Positions 12,050 through 23,241 of a DNA stretch of 64,000 bases are shown in pieces. The translations under genes were made by a program, and so were the position numbers. The notes beneath the pieces are model-generated. The model searched no databases, was not told the origin of the DNA, and was given only the letters and a program-made list of their open reading frames with translations. This stretch comes from Dendrobates tinctorius (lineage: Eukaryota), in the NCBI RefSeq assembly GCF_039654945.1, contig NW_027361687.1:60326001-60390000 (forward strand), given 5' to 3'. Position 1 is the first letter of the stretch; each line of letters opens with the position of its first letter.

Positions 12050-12462
12050 TATTCTGACTCATGGATATGTAGAACGTATGGTGCCTGGATAGACCTCTCT
12101 TTCTGGGCCCCTTCCGTATCGACCTGTACTCACGTTCATACCGATTAATCAGACAGCTTAACTCAGCCACGATCTCATGTAAGAAGACTCCAGGAAAAGA
12201 GGGATGCTTTAACTGAAATTCTTGTATTATGATGAAAGCAGCAGGTAAAAAGGAATATTCTTCAGAGGACATGTAACAGGATGCATACAGATGGAGGGAC
12301 GATCACAAAATGGAGAATGAAGGAGGGAACAAACATACATCACAGGACTACAGGGAGAGAGTTGGAACAAAATACAGGGAAAGGAAAACTTCTGCCTAGC
12401 AACAGAGATGCAACACAAACAATGCAAATATTAAATGATTTCCCAAGTCGTGGGACATGACA
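12050..12462 (-). repeat. BEL/Pao 5' LTR (TG...TA)
   Basis: Sense strand TGTCATGTCC...GAGTCAGAATA. Confidence 0.92.
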
Positions 12463-12467
12463 CAGCC

Positions 12468-14935
12468 GATCAGGTGGAGGGCAATGGCTCTGTGAAACAG
12501 CTGGAGAAGTGGTGCCAGCAACTGCAGGTGGGGACTGACTCTACACCTTCATACCAAAAGAATGGAGTTTACAGAGTGACACAAGAGTATGAGCGGGTAT
12601 TCAGTAAACACCCACTAGATTTTGGGCAGGCAAATTGGGTTCAACATCATATCCCCACTGGAGATCATTCACCCATTAAAGAAAGGTACCGACCTATACC
12701 CCCAACATAATACCAATGTGCTAAGAGTATGGTGAGAGAGATGAAGGAAGCTGGGGTTATCAGACAGTTGTAGCCCCTGGGCAGCTCCCATAGTTTTTGT
12801 AAAGAAAAAGGATGGTACCATGAGAATGTGTGTTGATTACAGGAAAATTAACAGCATTACACATAAAGATGCCTACCCATTACCTAGAATTGAAGAGTCA
12901 TTAGCTGCACTTAAAACTGCTAACTACTTTTCCACCTTGGATCTCACTAGCGGGTATTGGCAGGTTCCCGTGGCAGAGACAGACAAGGAGAAAACAGCAT
13001 TTACCACTCCAATGGGTCTCTGTGAGTTCAACTATATGCCATTCTGGCTCTGCACCGCTCCAGGAACATTTCAACGGCTGATGGAGTGCTGCCTGGAACA
13101 CATGAACTTTGAGACCGTCCTGTTGTACCTTGATGATGTAATTGTTTTCTCCAAGACGTATGAGGACCATCTGGAGCACCTGGCTGAGGTGTTTGAAGCA
13201 TTGTCCAACTTTGGCCTGAAGGTGAAGCCTTCCAAATGCCACCTCCTGAAGCCCAAGGTACAGTACCTCGGTCATGTGGTGAGTGCAGAAGGTGTGGCAC
13301 CAGATCCGGACAAAGTCACAGTCATCCGGGACTGGCCGAAGCCCAGCAACCTCCATGAAGTACGCCAATTCCTTGGACTGGTAGGCTACTACCGCAGATT
13401 CATCAAAGGCTTTACGGAAATAGCCACCCCTATGCAAAATCTTCTGGTGGAGCAGACTAAGACGACTAAACAGAAAAATTCCACCTTTGAATGGACTGAG
13501 GAGTTGGGGAGATCCTTCACTCGACTGAAGATGGCTCTCACAGGTGATGAAATTCTGGCCTACCCAGATTATGACAAACCATTTCTGTTGTACACTAATG
13601 CCAGCAACGTGGGACGTGGAGCAGTACTGTCACAGGTACAGAATGGAAAAGAAAGAGTGATCTCCTACGCCAGCAGGAAGCTGTGTCCCACTGAAAGAAA
13701 CCCTGACAACTACAGTTCCTTCAAGCTGGAGTTCCTTGCCATAGTCTGGGCTGTGACTGAAAGATTCAAGCATTAGCTAGCTTCAGCTAAGTTTACCAGC
13801 TTCACGGACAACAACCCGTTGACCGACTAGGAAACTGCAAAACTAGGTGCACTGGAGCAGCGGTGGATGGCTCGGCTGTCTACCTATGAATTTACCATCA
13901 AGTACCGAGCAGGGCACAAGAATGCCAATGATGATGCACGGTCTAGAATGCCTAATCTGCCAGATGCAGGAGAAGACCCTGAGGCTCTTGAAGAAATAGA
14001 GCTACCTCCCTTCCACCGGCCACTTGCGGCCCAACGTGCTCAAGGAGTGAGAAACAGACGGTCTGGCTTGTAGGAGGTCACCCTGAAGCAATTGCCCCAT
14101 CATGACTGGGCAGAAAGGCAAGATAGTGACCCTGCAGTCCACCTGGTGAAGGAGCTACTGTCACAAGCTGACTCACGTGCAGAGTCGGATGCTCCTGAAG
14201 AAACCCAGCAGTTGTGGAAGGAATGAGGCTGACTGTTCATCTATGAAGAAAAGCTGTGTCGGAGGAGTATCAAAGTATCAATGCCTGGACTCATGAGCTG
14301 GTCTGGCAGGTGATAGTCCCAAAGAGAGAGGCCTCAATGGTCTTGGAAGTATACCACAATGGAGCTGGACACTTCGGATGGAAAAAGTTGGAGGCCTTGT
14401 TCCGGGAGAGATTCTACTCTGCTGGTATGAGGAAAGCCATTGAAAAGTGGTGCCGGGAGTGTGGACAATGTAACCTGTGCAGAAAGGATCGAAACAGCCA
14501 GAGAGCTCCTCTGCAGCCAATAGTAACCAAACAGCCAATTGAGTTGGTCGCTCTGGACCATGTGAAGCTGGTCCCAAGCCGGTCTGGCTACATCTATGCT
14601 CTTACCATCGTGGACCACTACTCCAGATTCCTGGTAGCTGTGCCTGTCAAAGATCAAACAGCCAGGACAGCAGCCAGAGCATTCCAACAGCACTTTTGCA
14701 GACCACATGGTTACCCTGAAAGAGTACTTACAGATCAAGGTCCAGCTTTTGAAGCAGAAGTATTCCAGGAATTCTGTAACTTGTATGGTTGCAAGAAGAT
14801 CCGGACAACCCCGTTCCATCCACAGACCAATGGCATGTGTGAGAAGATGAACCAGGTAGTGATTGACCTACTGAAGACATTGCCTTTGGAGGAGAGAAAT
14901 CTGTGGCCAGAAAAGTTGCCAGATCTAGTAGACGT
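12468..14935 (+). pseudogene. Gypsy pol: RT, RNase H and integrase core (stops and frameshifts; integrase C-terminus lost)
   Basis: RMCVDYRKIN, LDLTSGYWQ, YLDDVIV, QFLGLVGYYRRFI, YSSFKLEFLAIVWA, GHFG..CRECGQC, LVALDH, TDQGPAFE, PQTNGMCEKMN. Confidence 0.92.
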
Positions 14936-15402
14936 ATGCTACCCAGTTCACACACAACACCAGTAGTTAGAACCAAACAGTCCAGTCCATAACAGCACCA
15001 GTGTTACGCAGGTCTACCCGCACTACACAAGGTATACCGCCCATCAGATATCGTGTATAAATAAGTAAATGTTGAAATTGTATGTATATATGTAACTGTT
15101 TTCAAGTTTTGTGCCTACAGGTAATCTGTACGAGTTTCCTTTGAATTTCCCAGTTTTACCGTGTTTCATGGACACTGAACCACAGGACTGTGTGTGGTCA
15201 AAAACTTACCTTTGTAAATAGTTTACCATTTGCCCCAGGAATGGACATTGATGCTGGACTTATCATCATAGGACTATTTTTGGACCTCTTGGTTTTTGTA
15301 CATTTTTCCTTTTTCAAATCTTGTGCAATTATAACTGTTCACCTTGCTTAACTGTTATATTTTTTTTATGTTTTGTTCAGCCCAGGAGTGCTGACTTGCA
15401 CT

Positions 15403-15411
15403 AGGGGGGAA
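15403..15411 (+). promoter_or_regulatory. Gypsy polypurine tract
   Basis: AGGGGGGAA directly upstream of the 3' LTR TG. Confidence 0.75.
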
Positions 15412-16428
15412 TGTGGCACTCCCAGGAGTATGGCCGCCACAGTGGCTTTGCCTTCCTCCAGGGAGGGTAAGGCCAGGCTTGGATGCAAGGAAGGGTCTCT
15501 CCAGCAGTTTATCTATGCATGCAACACAGTTCCACTCCAGGCCAGCAGGGGGGACTCTGAACCGGAATTAAGGGGAGGAGTGCTCTCAGAGGGCCAAGAG
15601 GAAGGAGTGGTTAGTTAGTCTGTGGAGGGTGAAGTGTGCAGACGTGAGGAAGAAGCACGGAGTGGAAAGGCTCATCTCCAGTGAGAGCGCATGAACTGGA
15701 GCCTGATCTCCACGGTTGTATGGATACTAATGGTCCTGCAACAGACACCAGAGGAGTAGGAGGCTGTAAATGCACTACTCCCATCTAAGACTTGAGGGAA
15801 CGACAGCAACATTGATAGTGAGCCGGGACTTAGGAGAAAGGAGTCCCCGAAACAGGCTACAGCTGTCTGCCATACAAGTAGAGTTCTTGGGAACATCTGT
15901 CAGGAGGAACTTCAGTGTAACTCGGTACTGGAGATGCCTCAAATAGGCGCTAGGAAGGAGACTGCACAGCCCATCTGCTGAGAGAGAATCCCTGAGTTGC
16001 TTCCAGGCTAGCCTTCTCTGATACTATCTGTAATCAGGACCCTGGACTGCAGTTGTCAAGTAAAGGTACAGAAACTGCACCCCGCTGTTTTTGTCTGCTT
16101 TCTACCTTATCGGCACCGCTACATCCCCGTGCCAACCACATCTACACTGCCCTGGGACTACATCTTCACCTGTGGGGAGCTTTTACATCTTTGCTGCACC
16201 ATACCATCAGTCCCAGCACATCTGCATGCAGCGTCGGCGTAACACCTCCCTTGCCAAACACCACAGGTGGCGTCACAAACTATTCATTTAATCCATCACA
16301 TTCCACCATTGCAATTCCCCTTTTATTTGGGCGCCCAGGGCCACGGACCGGGTCACCGCTGCTGTGACATTCCCTTCTGAGAGACCGGCCTGGTACCGAG
16401 TACCGCACAGCCCTGGCAGGGCGACCCA
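15412..16428 (+). repeat. Gypsy 3' LTR
   Basis: Direct repeat of 3272-4294, ends GGCGACCCA. Confidence 0.92.
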
Positions 16429-16432
16429 TTGA

Positions 16433-17140
16433 TATTAGAGATTCGACTGTACGGCGCAGGCTTCTGGAAGTTGGTCGGAGGACAATAAGGCGAGTAAAGA
16501 AACAACTTCTGACATCTCCAACGAAGGAAAACGACTCGCATGGGCAAAAAAATATAAATCTTGGACAACTAGCCAGTGGAAAAAGGTAATTTTCAGTGAG
16601 GAAACCCATCTTTTTGTTCAAGGGAACAGAGCAAGTGTTAGAAGAAGCAAAAATGAACCATTGCGAGCTGATCATATTCAACAAACTGTAAAACACCCTC
16701 AAAAACAGATGTTTTGGGGCTTTTTTTTTTTTTTTTTTACAGCTGATGGTACAGGGAGCTTATTTCATGTCAATGGTATGATGAATTCATCCAAATACTG
16801 TACATAGTCATTTTAAAACGATTTATTGTGCCATTCATGCATAAATTTGAAGGGATATTCCAACAAGATTTGGCTCCATGCCACAATTCCAAGTGTGTGA
16901 AGAAATTCCTGGAAGAAAATAAAGTAAAAGTGCTGGACTGGCCTGGCAATTCACCAGACTTAAATCCTATAGAAAATTTGTGGAGCATTGTGAAGAGACG
17001 TCTTGGCAAAATGGACTGTACAACCAAAGAACACATGATAAACAGTGCCATACAAGTGTGGTTCCATGATGAAGAATTTATGCAAAAACTTGGTTGAATC
17101 AATGCCAAAACGCATTGAAAATCTGCTAAAAGGATGACAT
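16433..17140 (+). pseudogene. Tc1 transposase, C-terminal DDE part (frameshifted)
   Basis: IRDSTVRRRLLEVG...KKQLLT; VIFSEET; IFQQDLAPCH-(34 aa)-WPGNSPDLNPIENLW. Confidence 0.88.
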
Positions 17141-17350
17141 TTCTTACTAAAATTTGTATGTAACAGTGCATTATAACATTTTATTATTAAATGTTCAAAA
17201 ATGTGTTTTTTTGCTTTGTCCCAATTAATTTGCCCCATACTGTATATTTGTAGGAAGGTCGGAACCAAAAGTGATTGAATGTAGCTAAAATCACATCATG
17301 GTGAAGGGTGGAGTGCTCAGTCAGAAAGCTAGCATACAAATAACAGAAAA

Positions 17351-17626
17351 CTGATGGCACATCAAGAACTAGTCTGAACAGGTGCATATCAAAAAACATC
17401 TTACATATCACAATGAGAAAATGGTTGCACACATTTTTTTGGCCAAATTTTGTGCTAAGTATCTCATGTGTTTTTCCTAAATTTCATAAGCCATTACGCT
17501 ATTCACACTTCATGTATTTCACATTGACACGCCTTAATGCAATTGAGTGCAACCATTTTCTCATTTTGATATGTAAGATGTTTTTTGGTATGCACTTGGT
17601 TGGACTAGTTCTTGATGTGCCGTCAG
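17351..17626. repeat. About 80-bp inverted repeat pair (17351-17430 / 17547-17626), fold-back element remnant
   Basis: ctgatggcacatcaagaactagt...gaaaatggttgcac versus gtgcaaccattttc...actagttcttgatgtgccgtcag. Confidence 0.7.
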
Positions 17627-17677
17627 CTCAGTCATACAGTCAGTCACTGTGTTGAAGACACACTGGGTGGAGAAATT

Positions 17678-18320
17678 GTGACAGTACCCCCTCTTCTAGG
17701 AGGGCAATTGGACTTTCAGGTTTCCCAGAAAACCTAAGATGGAAGGCCCTGACCAAACGAGTGGCCTTCACAGAACAAGACGGTACCCAGGATCTCTCCT
17801 CGTGTCCGTATTCCCTCCAATGAACAAAATATTGGAGGGAATTTCGGACCCTCCAATAATCCACGATCTTCTGCACCTTGTTCTTTAACCCTCCATCAAC
17901 AGAAACTAACACATTAGGGACACAAAAAGACTGAAAAAGTTTTGATCTGAAGGCAACCGGATTGACTACTTCCAAAACTCATACAAGCCAGCAAATTTAG
18001 GACCCAACTTTGCCAATGGTATTTTTAGCAGATAACCAAACTTATCGCTGACTTTGAAGACGAGACCCGCCAAATGTTTCCTGTTGGCCTTACGATTTTG
18101 AGACATCAGTATGGCCACCTTTACTCAAGGACATCCAGACCTCACCTAAGATAAATTAAAAAAAAAAAAACTCACCAAAATGAGGATGAAACCCATAATT
18201 TAAAAAAAAAAAAAGTTCCAATGGACTGATTGACCTGACTGTTAAAGGTGGACTCCGCAAGAGCTAAAAACGAGGACCAGTCCTCCTGCTGATCTGTCAG
18301 TTTTGCCTGGTTGGTTAGCA
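17678..18320 (-). mobile_element. Chromovirus (sushi-like Gypsy) fragment: integrase C-terminus, chromodomain and PPT
   Basis: KIVDYWRVRNSLQYFVHWREYGHEERSWVP chromodomain motif; AGAGGGGGTAC then TGTCAC LTR start; upstream KLGPKFAG-like GPY/F region. Confidence 0.75.
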
Positions 18321-19637
18321 AAAATACAGGGGAACCAAAGTCATTTTATTCATTTCATTTATTTATAGCGGAGGCTGATGAATACTCCCATCAGTTGTGG
18401 TCTGTTAACAGTTGAATAAAACTCTCAACATTGTCTCCTGCTGGCGCTGATCGCAGTGCGAGCAGGGAGAGAATGATACGAGCTGTCTTCAGCACCTGGG
18501 GCCATAAAACAACGCTAACAGTATCGCTGATTCCTAGGTGCCAGTGTATGTTATACTGATAACACATGGAGGTCATCCGTATGTCATCAGTGTGCGGAAC
18601 GTTTTGTGGCCCTTGCTGCTGTTAAAGAACGGACATTTCCGCGTGTTTTACCCATGGACACATGGTCCGTGGAAACACACTGACATGTGCATAGACCCAT
18701 TCACTTGAATGGGTCTACTTGTGTAAGTGTCTCTGGTACGTGTAAAAACAGTCAGCACACGTACAGGAAACTGACATCTGAAGGAGCCCTTAGTGTGTTG
18801 CTGGCTGTCTCAAAGTCATCAGGATCGTCGTGGGACATTATGGATTATCTTTTTACGTTGGACTGGTGAGGAATATTGTTGTTTATTTTAATTAATTTGC
18901 AGGGGACATTGGCTTCAGTGCACTGGGCGCAAGTACGGTTTAATTTAGAGTCAATCAGGGAGTCTGTCATTTGTTTAAATAAAGGACTTTATTCTCGGTG
19001 TTTTTTTATACAATATCAGTATGGTGTTAGTAATGGGGACATCTTATTGTCACCTCTCCACTACTAACCTCTGGGCTTAATGTCACCTGACAATAAGAAG
19101 GTGACATCAACCCCCCAATTATCACCCCACTTGCCACTGCACCATGGCAAGTGGGAAGAGCAAGGCTAAGTGCCAGATTTGGCGCATCTTATGGATGCGC
19201 CATTTCTGGGGTGGCTGAGAGCTCATTTGTTTTTAGTCTGGGATGTGGCCAATATCCATGGCCCCTTCATTGACTATTAAAATCAGCCCACAGCTGTCTG
19301 GCTTGCCTTTGCTGATTATTAATTATAGGGAGACCACATGTATTTTTTTCGGGGTCTCTTATTTTAAGGAAAGGCTAAGAATACAGCTGTGAGCTGATAA
19401 CTTGGAAAGCTCCATGTGTATTACCCCCTTCCCAGGCTATAAACATCTGCCCTCAGCTGTCCCTCTCTTTCTGCTGGTTAATAAAATGTTTGGGATCCCA
19501 CAATATTTTTTTCAGAAAATAATTTATTTAGTAATAAAATACATGTATACTATTTTATGTGTATTTATCCTATTCTGTCAGGTCACGCTGTGATTTTACT
19601 GTACGCAACAATGAAAGGTCTGGTTTTCAAGGACATG

Positions 19638-20428
19638 TGTTATGATAGAGTCACCGTAGGAGGCAAAAACAGAAATACAAGTCCAGAAAACCAGAGAAGT
19701 TGGCAACTATCAGATTGCAGACCCCTGAACCTATCAACACAACTAGCAGTAGCCGTGGGGGGTTCCTACGATGCCCTAGACCCCTCGATCACAGCCGGAG
19801 AATTAAATAGGCCTAAAGAAAGAAAGGGGAAATCTAAACTGCCCCAGAGTAGACCCCAAAGCAATAGGCAGCCCCCAACATATAATGACGGTGAAGCAAG
19901 ATGAAAACACTAACACAGACAGAAAGATAGACTGAGCAAAGCCGGGGCCCAAAACTACCTAGATAGGAAAGGACAAGAAGGATGCTGTCTGCAATCTGCC
20001 AAAACCCTATCAAAGACATAAGCCAACAAGCTGATATGAAAAAGGCCCTGAAGCAGCTAGGCTTCAAAAACTAAACCAGCACTCAGGTATTTTCAGAAGA
20101 CAGAGCTAAAGGAATTCAGCACACCCCAGCAGGGAATGGCAGAAATCCAGAAAAACAAAGCAAAACAAAGTCAAAGCACAAATGCAAAAAGCCGAGCAGC
20201 AAACTTAGCTTTAGAGGAGCAGGAATTCAGACTGGTCTCCAAGGATCCCACAGAGAAGTCACCCGCAGGGCAGAAGGGCGTCGGCAGCCTTATATCCAGT
20301 CAGTAACTCCACTCAGCCAGTCATCATCATCAGCCTCAGGTGTTTGATAATCAGGCTCACTACCTTTGTTTACCAGAAGAGGGAGTTCCTCGGGCCTCAG
20401 TAGTGAAGGGGAAAATGAACTCACAACA
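19638..20428 (-). mobile_element. Solo LTR, family A
   Basis: TGTTATGA...TCACAACA on the plus strand; perfect 6-bp TSD GACATG (19632-19637 and 20429-20434). Confidence 0.82.
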
Positions 20429-20756
20429 GACATGGGTGTGTAAAACTCAGACAGCGCTCGCATGGTCCATACATTTCCTGGTGTCTGCCCCTAATTTTAT
20501 CTGTTTTGGCAGCTTTTAGGCCCCTCTTAAGGTGTTGGTTATGCGTTTGGTTTTACCTCCCATTGAATTCAATGTGGTTCGTATACGTTCAGCGAACATC
20601 GGCAAGTTCGCCAATCTCAGCCAAACCGAACCTTAAAAAGGTACGCTTATCTCTAGTTATGAATGACTTTAGTGCGTGCGCAATGTTTCACAAGTGGATA
20701 CAAAATTCTTAATATCATTATACATGGATAACCACCAAAACAGTCTAGCAATAGCT

Positions 20757-21100
20757 TTAAGTGTAGCAGTATGAAATATGAAACTCCAGCAACATACACA
20801 ATCTCAGGTACACCAGCACAAGTAACTTGGAACCTGGAGTAGCAGAAGGGGTCAACAGCTGGGCTTTACGGATCTCCGCATCCTGCTCTGAGGAAACTAT
20901 AGAATCCGCAATACACTGAGGAAGATTGGATGATGGGGGTTCTTGAGGAGAAATTGAATCAAGGTTGCATGATAAAGCATCAGACATCACATTTTAGGAC
21001 CCATGCATGAATGTGATTGAAGAATTGTATCTGGAAAAAAAAACAAGGACCACATGGCCTGTCTTGGGCTTAAAGGTTTGACCGATATGAGATGCGTCCA
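20757..21100 (-). mobile_element. Degraded Gypsy RNase H-integrase linker fragment
   Basis: GSxNVMSDALS-like motif followed by a TPGSKLLV...LEFH segment. Confidence 0.5.
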
Positions 21101-21599
21101 CCACTTTTGAGCCCTGATGTACAGCTTTCTATTATTCTGTATATGCTGCCCCCAACCCACCCTGAAAGGTAAGAAAAAGAGCTTTTATAATACTCACCAG
21201 CAGGGCTGTCCAGCGCCACCCTTCTTCTTGCTTCGTTCTAATGACACGTCTCTGCGTCATCCAGTTTCCTCGGCATTGCGCTCCTGCTTTATGGTAATTC
21301 CCACACAGCTTTTACCATAAAGTGAGACTAGGGACTTTTTTTTTTTTTTAAGTGGCGGAGGAATACAGTGTGGAAGGATACCTACCTTCCGTCATTGGAT
21401 TCCTGCAGCCCATAGAGACCGGCAGCATCAGCTGATGCTGCACTTCTCTACCCAAGATCATCGTGGGACACACTCGTGGACTGCTTCGGATCATGGGTGA
21501 GTATTTTTGTGGTTTGTTATGTTAATATTTATTCCGTAGACGACAATGGCTTCGGGGAACAATGTGACAAGTATTGGTAAGTATGTTACTCTGTTATAT

Positions 21600-22385
21600 G
21601 TACTGTATGTCTATGTATGTATTGTATGAATGTATTGTATGTAGCATGCATGTAGTATGTATGTAGCATGCATGTAGCATGCATGTAGCATGCATGTAGC
21701 ATGCATGTAGCATGCATGTAGTATATATGTAGTATGTATGTAGTATATATGTAGCATGTAGTATGTATGTAGTATGTATGTAGTATGTATGTAGCATGCA
21801 TGTAGTATGTATGTAGCATGCATGTAGTATATATGTAGCATGCATGTAGTATATATGTAGTATGTATGTAGTATGTATGTAGTATATATGTAGCATGTAG
21901 TATGTATGTAGCATGCATGTAGTATGTATGTAGCATGTATGTAGCATGCATGTAGTATATATGTAGTATGTATGTAGCATGCAGTATGTATGTAGCATGC
22001 ATGTAGTATGTATGTAGCATGTAGTATGTATGTAGCATGCATGTAGTATATATGTAGTATGTATGTAGTATGTATGTAGTATATATGTAGCATGTAGTAT
22101 GTATGTAGCATGCATGTAGTATGTATGTAGCATGTAGTATGTATGTAGCATGTAGTATGTATGTAGCATGTAGTATGTATGTAGCATGCATGTAGTATAT
22201 ATGTAGTATGTATGTAGTATGTATGTAGTATATATGTAGCATGTAGTATGTATGTAGCATGCATGTAGTATGTATGTAGTATGTATGTAGCATGTAGTAT
22301 GTATGTAGCATGCATGTAGTATATATGTACTATGTATGTAGCATGTAGTATGTATGTAGCATGCATGTAGTATGTATGTATGTAA
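21600..22385. repeat. Complex low-complexity microsatellite (ATGT/ATGC/ATGTAGT/ATGTAGC units)
   Basis: About 780 bp of mixed 4-, 7- and 11-bp units; produces spurious H/T/Y-rich ORFs. Confidence 0.92.
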
Positions 22386-22534
22386 TATTTTTTTTTTTTT
22401 TTTTTACATTTAACACATTAGCCGGATGATGGGACTACTACTGTCCCATCATTGGCTAATGTGTCAATCACTGTCATGGTAGCAGGCATCGCCCGATGGG
22501 ACTTGTAGTCCCATCGGACGATGCCTGCACAGAC

Positions 22535-22635
22535 CCCCGGACATCAGCACAGCCCCCCGGCAGGCCGGCACAGCCCCCCGGCAGGCCGGTACAGACCCCC
22601 GGAAGGCCCGTACAGACCCCCGAGAGGCTGTACAA
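22535..22635. repeat. Short GC-rich minisatellite (about 21-bp unit) inside a non-autonomous DNA element ending near 22792
   Basis: cagccccccggcaggccggca repeated; element ends ...cgctcaactctag. Confidence 0.6.
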
Positions 22636-23241
22636 GGGCAGGAAAGGGTTTTTCCAATTCCGATACCGGAAGTCTCATAGACTTGAATGGGACTTCCGGT
22701 ATCGGCATCGGCGATACCGATACTTTTTTTAAAGATCGGCCGATCCATTCCGATCCGATATTTTGAAGTATCGGACGGTATCGCTCAACTCTAGTTGGGG
22801 CAGATAAACAACATTATAGAATGTTGTATATCAGGACTGAAAGGTGGTGGTCTTATCTAATGTTGGTCAAACCAGGCCAAACAGGTGACGAGGAAGATAG
22901 TGGACCAGAGCAAAAGGGTTATGCAAACGGATGGTCAAAACAAGGTCCAAGGTCAGGCAGCAAAAGATCACCAAACACCATGGGAATATAATGCAAACAT
23001 GTGCCACTGTGCAAATACATTGATTTGCATATATTTGGGACTGACAGTTTAGTTATGTAGCTGGGTAATCACTTAGAACAAGGAATACCTGAAGGAAGTT
23101 CAGCACCTCACAGTCTCAGATTTAACGACTTAGCGGTCTATCAAAATACTCACAGCTCAGCATGCCCCTGCACTAGATTGGATGACTGAGCTGTTAGTCA
23201 CTGTGTCCAGGACTCACCGAACGGTGGAATCATGACAATTG

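Larger units (their letters stand above)
6423..12462 (-). mobile_element. BEL/Pao LTR retrotransposon, young, internally deleted
   Basis: CAGCC TSD (6418-6422 and 12463-12467); 414/413-bp LTRs differing by 4 substitutions and 1 indel; PPT TTTCAGACGGGGAG next to the 3' LTR; BEL-type gag and pol motifs. Confidence 0.92.
3272..16428 (+). mobile_element. Ty3/Gypsy LTR retrotransposon with both LTRs, degenerate, integrase 3' end deleted
   Basis: TTGA TSD (3268-3271 and 16429-16432); about 1.02-kb LTRs TG...CA; PBS; PPT; gag-PR-RT-RH-INT order. Confidence 0.93.
2738..17242 (+). mobile_element. Tc1-family DNA transposon (DD34E), about 1.34 kb once the nested Gypsy is removed
   Basis: TA TSD on both sides; 31-bp TIRs at 2738-2768 and 17212-17242 (27/31 match); transposase halves on either side of the Gypsy insertion. 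Confidence 0.9.

Noticed and set aside
14935-15400. Possible env or extra ORF between Gypsy integrase and 3' LTR
   Set aside because: Short, T-rich and without an ORF; consistent with a 3' UTR after a deletion of the integrase C-terminus.
21586-22366. Three long His/Thr/Tyr-rich ORFs (197-251 aa)
   Set aside because: They result from a stop-free microsatellite; there are no splice or homology signals.
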